A stretch of 64,000 nt of DNA from Flavobacteriales bacterium (GTDB lineage: Bacteria; Bacteroidota; Bacteroidia; Flavobacteriales_D; JAUILH01), in assembly GCA_964230215.1 (NCBI GenBank), contig CAXRGQ010000007.1, positions 789,531 to 853,530 on the forward strand, in the 5' to 3' direction. Shown piece after piece: positions 53,708-62,258 of the stretch; positions within the stretch are counted from its first letter, which is position 1; every line of letters begins with the position of its first letter. The position numbers and the translations under genes are program-made. The notes beneath the pieces are model-generated. The model was given only the letters and a program-made list of their open reading frames with translations. It was not told the origin of the DNA and searched no databases.

Positions 53708-55060
53708 CTATTTTTCAAGCTCTTCTGTGACATGATGTTCAAGTCCTACACCATATTGCTCACGCCTTTTCTTTTTGGCTTTGGATAATTCAAACGGGGT
53801 AATAATAAGACGCATTCCTCTATCAGAATTAAAGTAGTTTCTAGTCCAATTCATCAGGACTACTAATCTGTTTCTAAATCCGACGAGTGCGAGCAAATGA
53901 ACAAGCATCCAAATGAACCATGCAACAAAGCCACCAATATTTCTTTTGCCAATCTGAACGACGGCTTTATTTTTACCAACCGTAGCCATGGCTCCTTTGT
54001 CTTTATATTTAAAAGGGCGTAGCTCCTGTTTTTTTAGAAGCCGATTAAAGTTTTTTGCCAATTGTTCGCCTTGCTGCACGGCAACTGGTGCTACCATCGG
54101 ATGACCCCTGGGCGTATCCTCGGTTTCCATAGCTGCTACATCACCTATTGCAAAAATATTTTCATGACCTTTTATTCTGTTGTATTCGTCTACCAGAATT
54201 CTGTTTCCTCGGCTTATGGCGTCAACACCTAATCCACTTATTGGAGCACCTTCAACTCCGGCTGTCCAAATAAGTGTTTTAGCAATCATATCTTGATCTG
54301 TATTTGTCTGTACATAATCACCATGATAATCCAACACGCGGGTATTAAGAACCACTTCTACACCTAGGTTTTCAAGGTATTTTAATGCACGGGCCGATGA
54401 TTTTTCAGACAATGCGGGTAAAACGCGATCCCTTGACTGTACTAGATAAATGTTCATTTTGGATATATCTAGTTCGGGGTAATCTTTAGGTAATACCTTT
54501 TGCTTCATTTCGCCCAGCGCACCAGCTAATTCCACTCCTGTAGGACCAGCTCCAGCAATAACAAAGTTCATCAAACCTTGACGCTTTCTTTCATTCGTTA
54601 AGGTCAGGGCTTTTTCGAAATTCTGTAACACCAAGCTCCTTAAATCAATGGCCTCAATGATGTTTTTCATTGACATGGCATTTACTATAAGCCCTTCATT
54701 GCCGAAGAAGTTGGTTCTGGCACCTGTGGCAATTACCAAGTAATCGTATTCTAAAGTGACATCCTTGCCCAAATCAATGTATTTTTCCTCAGCATGAATC
54801 TTTTTAACCGTTTTCCTTCTGAAGTAGAAGTTTTTCTGACCCTCAAATATCTTCCTAACAGGATAGCAGATAGATTCCGCCTCCAATGCGGATGTCGCAA
54901 CTTGGTACAATAATGGTTGAAACGTGTGAAAATTGTTCTTGTCAATCAGCACCACCTGGCAGTCCGTTTTTCTCAGTGCTTTTGCGAGTTTTATCCCCCC
55001 AAAACCAGCACCTATGATGACGATTCGGGGATGTTTTGATTCTGGGATGTTTATTTTCAT
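53708..55060 (-). CDS. ndh: Type II NADH:quinone oxidoreductase (NDH-2)
   Basis: 450 aa. Two dinucleotide folds (IVIIGAGFGG and FVIAGAGPTGVELAG) and an amphipathic C-terminal region. Confidence 0.85.
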   Translation of the reverse strand: MKINIPESKHPRIVIIGAGFGGIKLAKALRKTDCQVVLIDKNNFHTFQPLLYQVATSALEAESICYPVRKIFEGQKNFYFRRKTVKKIHAEEKYIDLGKDVTLEYDYLVIATGARTNFFGNEGLIVNAMSMKNIIEAIDLRSLVLQNFEKALTLTNERKRQGLMNFVIAGAGPTGVELAGALGEMKQKVLPKDYPELDISKMNIYLVQSRDRVLPALSEKSSARALKYLENLGVEVVLNTRVLDYHGDYVQTNTDQDMIAKTLIWTAGVEGAPISGLGVDAISRGNRILVDEYNRIKGHENIFAIGDVAAMETEDTPRGHPMVAPVAVQQGEQLAKNFNRLLKKQELRPFKYKDKGAMATVGKNKAVVQIGKRNIGGFVAWFIWMLVHLLALVGFRNRLVVLMNWTRNYFNSDRGMRLIITPFELSKAKKKRREQYGVGLEHHVTEELEK

Positions 55061-55198
55061 GGCTAGTGAAAGTTAGTAACTAATGCATAACATAACAAGC
55101 GAATGTTATTGAGATACATTATTAAATTAACAACAACTCATTCAGTATTGTGTTCAAATCGTCATACTCACGCTAGTTATTAACTCTAGTAATTAAAT

Positions 55199-56668
55199 TT
55201 ATTCTAGACTGGATAGGTAAGAATTAGCGAGATTAACGTGATTTTCTAGCTTGTTTTCATCCATAGATTCTAGATGTCTGGTTAACATTCCTAAACGTGG
55301 ATTACCCTCAAAAAATGAACGCTGTTTATGCATAAAACGCCAAAACAAGCCGTCCCATATTTCCTCCCAGTCACCGGACTTATAATTACTCATCTTTCGC
55401 AAATAATTGCTTGAGGAAATATATGGTTTTGTTGCAAATAACCCACCATCGGCAAATTGACTCATAGAGTACACATTTGGCACCATTACCCAGTCATAAG
55501 CATCTATAAATAGCTCCATAAACCACCGATATACTTCATCAGGGTCAAATTCACATAAAAGCATGAAGTTTCCCAATACCATAAGTCTTTCAATGTGGTG
55601 GCAATATCCCGTGTTTAGAACTTTTTTGATGGTATCATCTATGGGGGCAATTCCAGTTTGCGCATTATAAAAGCTTTGCGGGATTTTGCGCCTGAATCCC
55701 CAGAAGTTAGTAGTGCGCATTTCAGCACCTTTGCATGTATACATGCCGCGCATGAACTCACGCCATCCAATAATTTGTCGTATGAAGCCCTCCAGACTCT
55801 GAAGTGGGACCTTGTTGTTATTTGCAAATTCAATGGCCTTTTCTACAATTTCAAATGGTTTTAACAAACCAACATTAAGCATTGGTGTTAAAACACTATG
55901 ATGCAGGAAACTGGACTCTTTTACTATTGCATCCTCGAAGGGCCCAAATTCAGCGAATCTTTGTTCTAAAAAATGATTGAGCCACTGCTGACTTTGTGCA
56001 ACATTGTAAGGATAGATTAACTCCGCTAAGTTTCCAGGGTTATCATTGAAGTTTGTATTGGTATAACTGACAGCTTCATCCCAATTTAAGTCTGATTCAG
56101 GTAAATGAATGCTCGGGGGAATTTTGCCTTTAGGATATTTTTTTCTGTTATCTGAATCGAACGTCCATTTGTCTCCTTGAGGTTTACCGTCTGAGTCAAC
56201 TAAAATATTGAGTCGTTTTCTTTCCTTCTTGTAAAATGTGGTTTGATGAAATGACTTTTTATCAGACCTAAAATATGCTTCAAGGTCTTTACTAGAATTG
56301 ATAAATAGCGTGGATGAATACTCGATCAATTCTATACGTGCTTCAATTGCTGCTTTTTTTGTGCGAGTGTCAAGCCAATTATCTATAGGATTGATGTATC
56401 CCAATGCTGTGTACCCCTCTTCAGCTAGCATTGAGATCAAGACTCTAATATCAGATGCTTCAGAAGTCGATTCAACATACCTAATTACTTTGTTGGCCAG
56501 ACTATGTTCAAAGGTCTTCATACTGGCCCGATGAAAGGCTATTTTTTGTTTATGGAAATTGTATTGTTTGAAGAACAGGAATTCCTCAATTATGATGACT
56601 TTATCAAAATCATTTAGTGATGGATGATCTAAATCGAGCTGATGTGGGAATATTAGTAGTGCTTTCAT
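55199..56668 (-). CDS. Cryptochrome/photolyase-family protein of the bacterial (6-4)/FeS-BCP (COG3046-like) type, without the Fe-S cysteines
   Basis: 489 aa. Motifs [23 protein letters not shown] and [16 protein letters not shown]. Only three Cys in the whole protein. The ATG overlaps the upstream stop (ATGA). Confidence 0.7.
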   Translation of the reverse strand: MKALLIFPHQLDLDHPSLNDFDKVIIIEEFLFFKQYNFHKQKIAFHRASMKTFEHSLANKVIRYVESTSEASDIRVLISMLAEEGYTALGYINPIDNWLDTRTKKAAIEARIELIEYSSTLFINSSKDLEAYFRSDKKSFHQTTFYKKERKRLNILVDSDGKPQGDKWTFDSDNRKKYPKGKIPPSIHLPESDLNWDEAVSYTNTNFNDNPGNLAELIYPYNVAQSQQWLNHFLEQRFAEFGPFEDAIVKESSFLHHSVLTPMLNVGLLKPFEIVEKAIEFANNNKVPLQSLEGFIRQIIGWREFMRGMYTCKGAEMRTTNFWGFRRKIPQSFYNAQTGIAPIDDTIKKVLNTGYCHHIERLMVLGNFMLLCEFDPDEVYRWFMELFIDAYDWVMVPNVYSMSQFADGGLFATKPYISSSNYLRKMSNYKSGDWEEIWDGLFWRFMHKQRSFFEGNPRLGMLTRHLESMDENKLENHVNLANSYLSSLE

Positions 56669-56823
56669 TCCGTTTGTCTGTTAGTTTTACATTTCTTACT
56701 GCAGTACTTAACATTTGCCCACTCTTTTGCCCATTTTTTCCTCCAAGTAAACTCGCGCCCACAAATGGGGCACACTTTTTTGTCCAGATATGATTTATTC
56801 CCTTTGTTCTGCGGTCTAATCAC
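56665..56823 (-). CDS. DUF2256-like zinc-ribbon micro-protein (52 aa; not in the ORF track)
   Basis: Hand translation from the GTG at 56823: (M)[55 protein letters not shown] overlap with the upstream stop and ATGA overlap with the downstream start. Confidence 0.7.
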   Translation of the reverse strand: MIRPQNKGNKSYLDKKVCPICGREFTWRKKWAKEWANVKYCSKKCKTNRQTE

Positions 56824-58331
56824 GATTTGGTGCTTCTATTGGTTCTTATGTCTCGGGTGTGTTTTTGTATTATTCGATTTGCTTCTTTTTTCACCATAGG
56901 GTGTTTTTTATGACTATAGATTTTAATTCTTGCTTTTTTAGCACTTTCCTCCAGCGGTACGATAGGCCTTGGGTAGTCCAATCCAAGATTAAAATTATAA
57001 AGCACTTCTTCCATGGGACTTATTTTCCATGGCTCATGAATCAATTCTAGTGGCAAGTTGCAAAGCTCTGGCACCCACTTCAAAATAAATGCCCCATGTG
57101 GGTCATGATCCTGACTTTGTTTCACAGGATTGTACATTCTGATTGTATTTATGCCTGTGGTGCCTGCTTGCATTTGAAATTGCGGATAATGGATGCCGGG
57201 CTCATAGTCCAAAAACATCTGAGCTAGGTGGTAGACGCCATCCTTCCAGTTTTGGCCTAAATGATGACAAAAAAACGATACTAACATGGCGCGCATTCTG
57301 AAATTAATCCATCCAGTTTGGATTAAGCAACGCATATTAGCATCAATCATGGGATATCCTGTTTTACCACTCTTCCATGCTTCTATGAAAGCGTCATTTT
57401 TGTCGTGCTTAAGAAGTTCATACCCTCTATTAATGCATGTATGTTCGTATGAGCACTCCATTTCAAATTTTTGAATAAAATGACAGTGCCATTTAAGGCG
57501 AGTGAGAATCCCATTGTAAGCGCGTTTATTCTCAGTAGCACTGGGGTGATTGGAAATAAATTGTACAGCCTGCCTAATGCTGATATTACCCCACGCAAGG
57601 TACGGAGATATTCGTCCGCAACTTGTTCTACTTTCAGTGGGCTTAGATATTTTTAAGTGGTATTGCGCACCTCTGCCTTCAACGAATGACCTGAGGTACT
57701 TCCATGCCATGTCCTCTCCTGGCTTTTGGAAATCGTTTGGAAGTGAACGCCACTTTTTTATCAGATTGGCAGGAACCTTAAATATATTATCCCATTGAAT
57801 ATTAAAGCCTTCTTTGAAAGCAATTGGTGTTGTCGGTTCTTTCATTCGAACGTACCAAGCCTTGTCCCATCCTTCTCGATTTTTAATACCTGTTACAATT
57901 CCATCGCGCTGAAATTGATGCCAGACAACTCCATTATCTTCTAATATTTGAACTACCTTTTTATCTCGTTTCCATGTACGTTCAATTCCACTTTCCTGAT
58001 ACGAGAATACCTTGTTCAACTTCCAATTCGTTACTGCATATTGGAAGAAATCAGCCGCATTTACATATGTAATGTACATACGCCTGTTGTGTTTTCTGAG
58101 TCTCTTTTGCATTTCAGAGGCGCTCCCATAGATGAACTGTAGATGCCGTAAAGAGGAATCCTGATGAGATATAAGGTTCGGTTCAAACATATAAACCAAA
58201 ACATATGGCAAGGATGCTTGCTCTGCCGCCAATATCGCTTCATGATCTTGTATTCTTAAATCACGCTTTATCCAAACAATATTTATGGATTCCTTTACCA
58301 CGACTTCATTTCTTTTTTTGCCTTGTTCCAA
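56820..58331 (-). CDS. Cryptochrome/DNA photolyase family protein (full-length, 503 aa)
   Basis: N-terminal [15 protein letters not shown] (photolyase alpha/beta domain). FAD domain: [28 protein letters not shown] and [16 protein letters not shown]. Confidence 0.8.
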   Translation of the reverse strand: MEQGKKRNEVVVKESINIVWIKRDLRIQDHEAILAAEQASLPYVLVYMFEPNLISHQDSSLRHLQFIYGSASEMQKRLRKHNRRMYITYVNAADFFQYAVTNWKLNKVFSYQESGIERTWKRDKKVVQILEDNGVVWHQFQRDGIVTGIKNREGWDKAWYVRMKEPTTPIAFKEGFNIQWDNIFKVPANLIKKWRSLPNDFQKPGEDMAWKYLRSFVEGRGAQYHLKISKPTESRTSCGRISPYLAWGNISIRQAVQFISNHPSATENKRAYNGILTRLKWHCHFIQKFEMECSYEHTCINRGYELLKHDKNDAFIEAWKSGKTGYPMIDANMRCLIQTGWINFRMRAMLVSFFCHHLGQNWKDGVYHLAQMFLDYEPGIHYPQFQMQAGTTGINTIRMYNPVKQSQDHDPHGAFILKWVPELCNLPLELIHEPWKISPMEEVLYNFNLGLDYPRPIVPLEESAKKARIKIYSHKKHPMVKKEANRIIQKHTRDIRTNRSTKS

Positions 58332-59380
58332 AACTTAAAGAATGAAGATGCATACCTATGATGTTCAAACAACCATTCTCGTTGGTCCATTATACCTCTA
58401 AAGTGGTTGTTAGTAGGATGCTCTTTGTATATAAATTTTTGTTTTGGAAAGGACTGACATAACTGCTCAAAGCTTCCCACATATAATTGTAACCCATCTA
58501 TGTTTTTTCCCAAGCTAAGCATGAAATCGATTACCATATTTGAGCAACTGAAGGTATTTAGTAGGTCATTTTCCAGTATTAAGATTCTGTTATGGTCTTC
58601 ATCTGATCGCCAAACGGGATCTAGATTAAAGGGGGTGTAAAGTAGTGTTGAAGGAAACTTAATATGCAATTTGTCTGAAGAAGGGCGCTCAGTTACAAGT
58701 GATATGGAATTGACTTCAGCAAGTGCATTTGGCACCTCAATTTTGGATATTTTATCGTAGGAAACATCCAAGTATGTTCCAGTCTGATTATCCTTAAAGA
58801 AGCGATTAATATTCTCTTGGTTTGCGTAGTATTTTTTATTCGAATTAGCACCACAAATCCATTGCCAGCTTAGCATATTGCTTGCGGGATCTCCATCGAG
58901 TAGGTGATAATACATCCACTTGGCACCCGTTAACCAATCACAATTGGCGATATTACAGACAAGCATGGCAACATACATTCGCATATGATTATGCATGTAT
59001 CCTGTTTCGTATAGTTCATTAATGGCTTCATCTATCTTATGAATGCCTGTATTTGCTTGAACAATGGCAGTGGGGATTTGGCGCTCAGTGTGTTGATTGA
59101 AATCGGATTTGATAGGTGCTAACACATTCTTGTGTTGCCAGCATATTTGCCAATAGTCACGCCATGCTAATTCTTGAATGAATTTTTCAATTTCCTCGGG
59201 TTTATAACCTGACCTTAGCAGTGAACTAGCTACATGTATAGTGCTAATTACTCCTCTAGATATGTAGGGTGAAAGTCGACTAACCGCGCCATCACTATAA
59301 TTTCGTGTATTAGCGTAAGGCAATGGATTAAAATTATTGACGCGATCTATTATTTCACTATAGTTTGTAGTAAATGGCAT
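58295..59380 (-). CDS. Photolyase-type FAD-binding-domain protein lacking the N-terminal alpha/beta domain
   Basis: 361 aa. [13 protein letters not shown] at residues ~34-46, then [21 protein letters not shown] and [15 protein letters not shown]. The last ~165 aa are uncharacterised. Confidence 0.7.
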   Translation of the reverse strand: MPFTTNYSEIIDRVNNFNPLPYANTRNYSDGAVSRLSPYISRGVISTIHVASSLLRSGYKPEEIEKFIQELAWRDYWQICWQHKNVLAPIKSDFNQHTERQIPTAIVQANTGIHKIDEAINELYETGYMHNHMRMYVAMLVCNIANCDWLTGAKWMYYHLLDGDPASNMLSWQWICGANSNKKYYANQENINRFFKDNQTGTYLDVSYDKISKIEVPNALAEVNSISLVTERPSSDKLHIKFPSTLLYTPFNLDPVWRSDEDHNRILILENDLLNTFSCSNMVIDFMLSLGKNIDGLQLYVGSFEQLCQSFPKQKFIYKEHPTNNHFRGIMDQREWLFEHHRYASSFFKFWNKAKKEMKSW

Positions 59381-59655
59381 TACCGCTTAGATATTTTATT
59401 GGCTGAAATATGTGATTGTCTGGAACATTTGAATCTTGAAATATCTGCATTACGTTTCTTCAAGTGCTTTTGACTTACGCCGGAATTCACCCTTTTTCGC
59501 CACAACTTGAAGCTTGACGGTCTAAGCGAATTCCTCATAATAGATATCACTTCCGCCTCAGAAAGGTCAAACTGATACTCAATGGCCTCAAAAGGGGTGC
59601 GGTCTTCCCATGCCATTTCTATAATTCGGTCTATGTCTCTATCAGATAAGTGCAT
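59380..59655 (-). CDS. TIGR03643/DUF2805-like small protein (photolyase-associated)
   Basis: 91 aa. IEMAWEDRTPFEAIEYQFDLSEAEVISIMR. TAATG junctions on both sides. Confidence 0.6.
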   Translation of the reverse strand: MHLSDRDIDRIIEMAWEDRTPFEAIEYQFDLSEAEVISIMRNSLRPSSFKLWRKRVNSGVSQKHLKKRNADISRFKCSRQSHISANKISKR

Positions 59656-60350
59656 TACCCACTAATAATGCTTGATTTACCGCCATCTACATGGAAGGTT
59701 TGCCCGGTTATCCATGTGGATTCATCATGTAAAAGAAAGGTCGCCATTGCCGCAATGTCTTCGGGTGAACCAATTTTTTTTAGTGGATGTCGCTCGGCAT
59801 TAGCATCACGTTTGCTTTCAGTGCTCAGAAGCTTCTGGGCCAGAGGAGTATCGGTTAAACTGGGTGCAACTGTATTGACTCTGATGTCAGGAGCCCATTC
59901 TGCTGCTAAGCTTCTTGATAGTCCTTCAATGGCTCCTTTGGAACTTGACACAAGAGAGTGAAATGGAAATCCCGATTTCACAGCCACGGTAGAGAATAAC
60001 ACCACGGACGGGTTTGATCCATTTTTAAGCTTGTCTCGCAATGCTTGGAGACACTTCACCGCACCTATTACTTGAAGATTATAATCTTCGATAAAGTCAT
60101 TAGTGTTAAAACGATGAAACGGTTTTAGGTTAATTGCACCTGGACAGTATGCTAAACCATCTAGTTGATCTGGGACCGGAGAAAAATCTAGGGTTTCATT
60201 CGTAACGTCTAGGTGAAATTGATGAATCCTCGAATCATTTATTTGTCCTGTGTTATATGTGCCCCAAACCTGTTGGCTTTTTTCAAGTAGGTTTTTAGCA
60301 ATGGCATATCCAATACCACTTGAAGCACCTATTATTAAGTAATTTCCCAT
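59655..60350 (-). CDS. Short-chain dehydrogenase/reductase family protein (atypical: the catalytic Tyr position is Val)
   Basis: 231 aa. IIGASSGIG cofactor motif. The active-site region reads LVSSSKGAIEGLSRSLAAE where classical SDRs have YxxxK. Confidence 0.7.
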   Translation of the reverse strand: MGNYLIIGASSGIGYAIAKNLLEKSQQVWGTYNTGQINDSRIHQFHLDVTNETLDFSPVPDQLDGLAYCPGAINLKPFHRFNTNDFIEDYNLQVIGAVKCLQALRDKLKNGSNPSVVLFSTVAVKSGFPFHSLVSSSKGAIEGLSRSLAAEWAPDIRVNTVAPSLTDTPLAQKLLSTESKRDANAERHPLKKIGSPEDIAAMATFLLHDESTWITGQTFHVDGGKSSIISG

Positions 60351-60476
60351 GCTTCACTAACAGCTGAAAGACTGTTTTTGTTTATAAAATCAGCTTTTTT
60401 GTGAAGAAATAGCAGAACGTAACTAGATTACGTAGTGACTTATAATCTTTGTATCGTCAAACTAATATAAAAGACG

Positions 60477-60818
60477 ATGATTACAGCGATTAACTTATTC
60501 GACAGCACACTAAAAAAGCAATTAGACTCAATACAAATAGATACAATTGTATATGAAAGACACGATGATGGTTTTTTACTTGAGTGCACAGTTAATGGTT
60601 CTGAAAAGAAGAACTTAGAAGTAGATTTCTATCAATGGAAATTTCTGGTAAACTCTATCAAGGATGCCTTTTTTGCACTTCAGGTTGAGTCTCTGGTAGA
60701 TGATATGGTAAGAAAAGTAGACTGGATAGCAGAGCTGCCAATTCGTAAAATGTTCGGTAAATCAATCATCATTAATTCAAACAAAAACAATAACCAGCTT
60801 AGAGCAATCTCAGCATAA
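60477..60818 (+). CDS. Hypothetical protein
   Basis: 113-aa ORF, divergent from the photolyase operon. No motif recognised. Confidence 0.35.
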   Translation: MITAINLFDSTLKKQLDSIQIDTIVYERHDDGFLLECTVNGSEKKNLEVDFYQWKFLVNSIKDAFFALQVESLVDDMVRKVDWIAELPIRKMFGKSIIINSNKNNNQLRAISA

Positions 60819-60828
60819 ACATACAGAT

Positions 60829-61191
60829 ATGAGAGAATTACAATTAGACAAAAAAGATTACCTTATTAATAGCGGTCTAGAGCACAATTTAGGGGTGCTA
60901 ACAAGTGTTGATAGATTAACTAGCTACGATATGATATATGTTTATCATATGATGAAAATTGGCGATAAACTGTCACTCCGCAGAGATTATTCAAATCCAT
61001 TTGAAAAGGATACGGTTGAGGTGTTTTTTAAAGGGTTTAAAATTGGTACAATCTCAAGAAAGTCGGCACCAATAATAAGTAGACTGATAGATAAGGGATG
61101 TCCTGTGATGGCAACAATTAAAGGAGTAATGGGGGAGAAGTATAAGCCATTTAGTGGCTTGGATGTAGAGATTAAAGCGCTTGTTGATTAA
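60829..61191 (+). CDS. Possible stand-alone HIRAN-domain protein
   Basis: 120 aa. GDKLSLRRDYSNPFEKDTVEVFFKGFKIGTISRKSAPIISRLIDKG resembles the HIRAN pattern (G-x-L-x-L-x-R-x-x-x-N-P-x-D...IGY...A..L..L.D.G). Confidence 0.45.
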   Translation: MRELQLDKKDYLINSGLEHNLGVLTSVDRLTSYDMIYVYHMMKIGDKLSLRRDYSNPFEKDTVEVFFKGFKIGTISRKSAPIISRLIDKGCPVMATIKGVMGEKYKPFSGLDVEIKALVD

Positions 61192-62228
61192 CTTGCGAGT
61201 TTGTTCTTATTAGCAAGCTGTCCACAAGCCGCATCTATATCTTTACCCCTGCTGCGTCTTACGTTAACAATGATGTTTTTCTCCTCTAAGAATTTGGCGA
61301 ATGCATCTACTTTAGCTACTGAAGCTTGTTGAAATTCACCCTCGTCAATAGGGTTGTATTCAATGATATTGACTTTACAAGGAACGTGTTTGCAGAATTC
61401 TGCAAGCTCTTTAGCGTCAAGAATGGAGTCGTTAAAGTCTTTAAATATGATGTATTCGTAGGTCACACGACTACCCGTTTTATCGTGGAAATATTTTAAT
61501 GCATCCGCCAGTACAGCCAGATTATTGCTGTCATTTATCTCCATGATTTCTGTGCGCTTTGCGTCATTGGCGGCATGCAGGGATAATGCTAGGTTAAAAC
61601 GCACGCCATCGTCACCTAATTGTTTTATCATTTTTGCGATACCTGCAGTAGAAACAGTTATCCTTTTAGGTGACATACCCATGCCCTCATCTGAGCAAAC
61701 CATTTCAATTGATTTTAGCACGTTTTTGTAATTCAGCAATGGCTCACCCATGCCCATATAAACAATGTTCGATAGGGGAATATCGTAATGTGATTTACTT
61801 AACTCGTTAATTGTAAACACTTGATCATAGATCTCAGCAGCATCTAAATTGCGCATACGTTTTAGACGTCCAGTTGCGCAGAACTTACACGCTAAACTAC
61901 ATCCAACTTGAGAACTTACACAAGCCGTCATTCTTTTTGAAGTTGGAATAAGGACACCTTCAATTACTTTATCATCTTGGGTTTTAAAGGCACATTTTAT
62001 GGTGCGATCACTACTAATCTGCTTTTCGTCTAGACTGATGTGTCCAATGGTAAAATGCTGTACAAGTTTTTCACGCAAATTTTGGGACAGATTCGTCATC
62101 TCACTAAAACCAGAGACGTTCTTTTTCCAAATCCATTCATAGACCTGCTTGGCTCTAAATGGTTTTTCCCCCAGTTCACTTAGAGCCGATAATAACTCGT
62201 CTTTATTTAACTCGCGAATATTTTGCAT
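61188..62228 (-). CDS. rlmN: 23S rRNA/tRNA (adenine-C2)-methyltransferase RlmN (radical SAM)
   Basis: The ATG at 62228 (MQNIRELNKDEL...) is preferred; the ORF-track start at 62237 is a TTG. CSLACKFCATG radical-SAM motif, GMGEPL, and the C-terminal DIDAACGQL. Confidence 0.9.
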   Translation of the reverse strand: MQNIRELNKDELLSALSELGEKPFRAKQVYEWIWKKNVSGFSEMTNLSQNLREKLVQHFTIGHISLDEKQISSDRTIKCAFKTQDDKVIEGVLIPTSKRMTACVSSQVGCSLACKFCATGRLKRMRNLDAAEIYDQVFTINELSKSHYDIPLSNIVYMGMGEPLLNYKNVLKSIEMVCSDEGMGMSPKRITVSTAGIAKMIKQLGDDGVRFNLALSLHAANDAKRTEIMEINDSNNLAVLADALKYFHDKTGSRVTYEYIIFKDFNDSILDAKELAEFCKHVPCKVNIIEYNPIDEGEFQQASVAKVDAFAKFLEEKNIIVNVRRSRGKDIDAACGQLANKNKLAS

Positions 62229-62258
62229 GCGGCGCAAAGGTAATGCAAAGCGGGCAAT

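Noticed and set aside
57286-58243. Multiple 60-82-aa ORFs on both strands within the 503-aa photolyase gene
   Set aside because: They are nested in or antisense to a full-length CPF ORF with conserved motifs.
59650-59961. 103-aa plus-strand ORF
   Set aside because: It is antisense to the SDR gene, which carries the GASSGIG cofactor motif.
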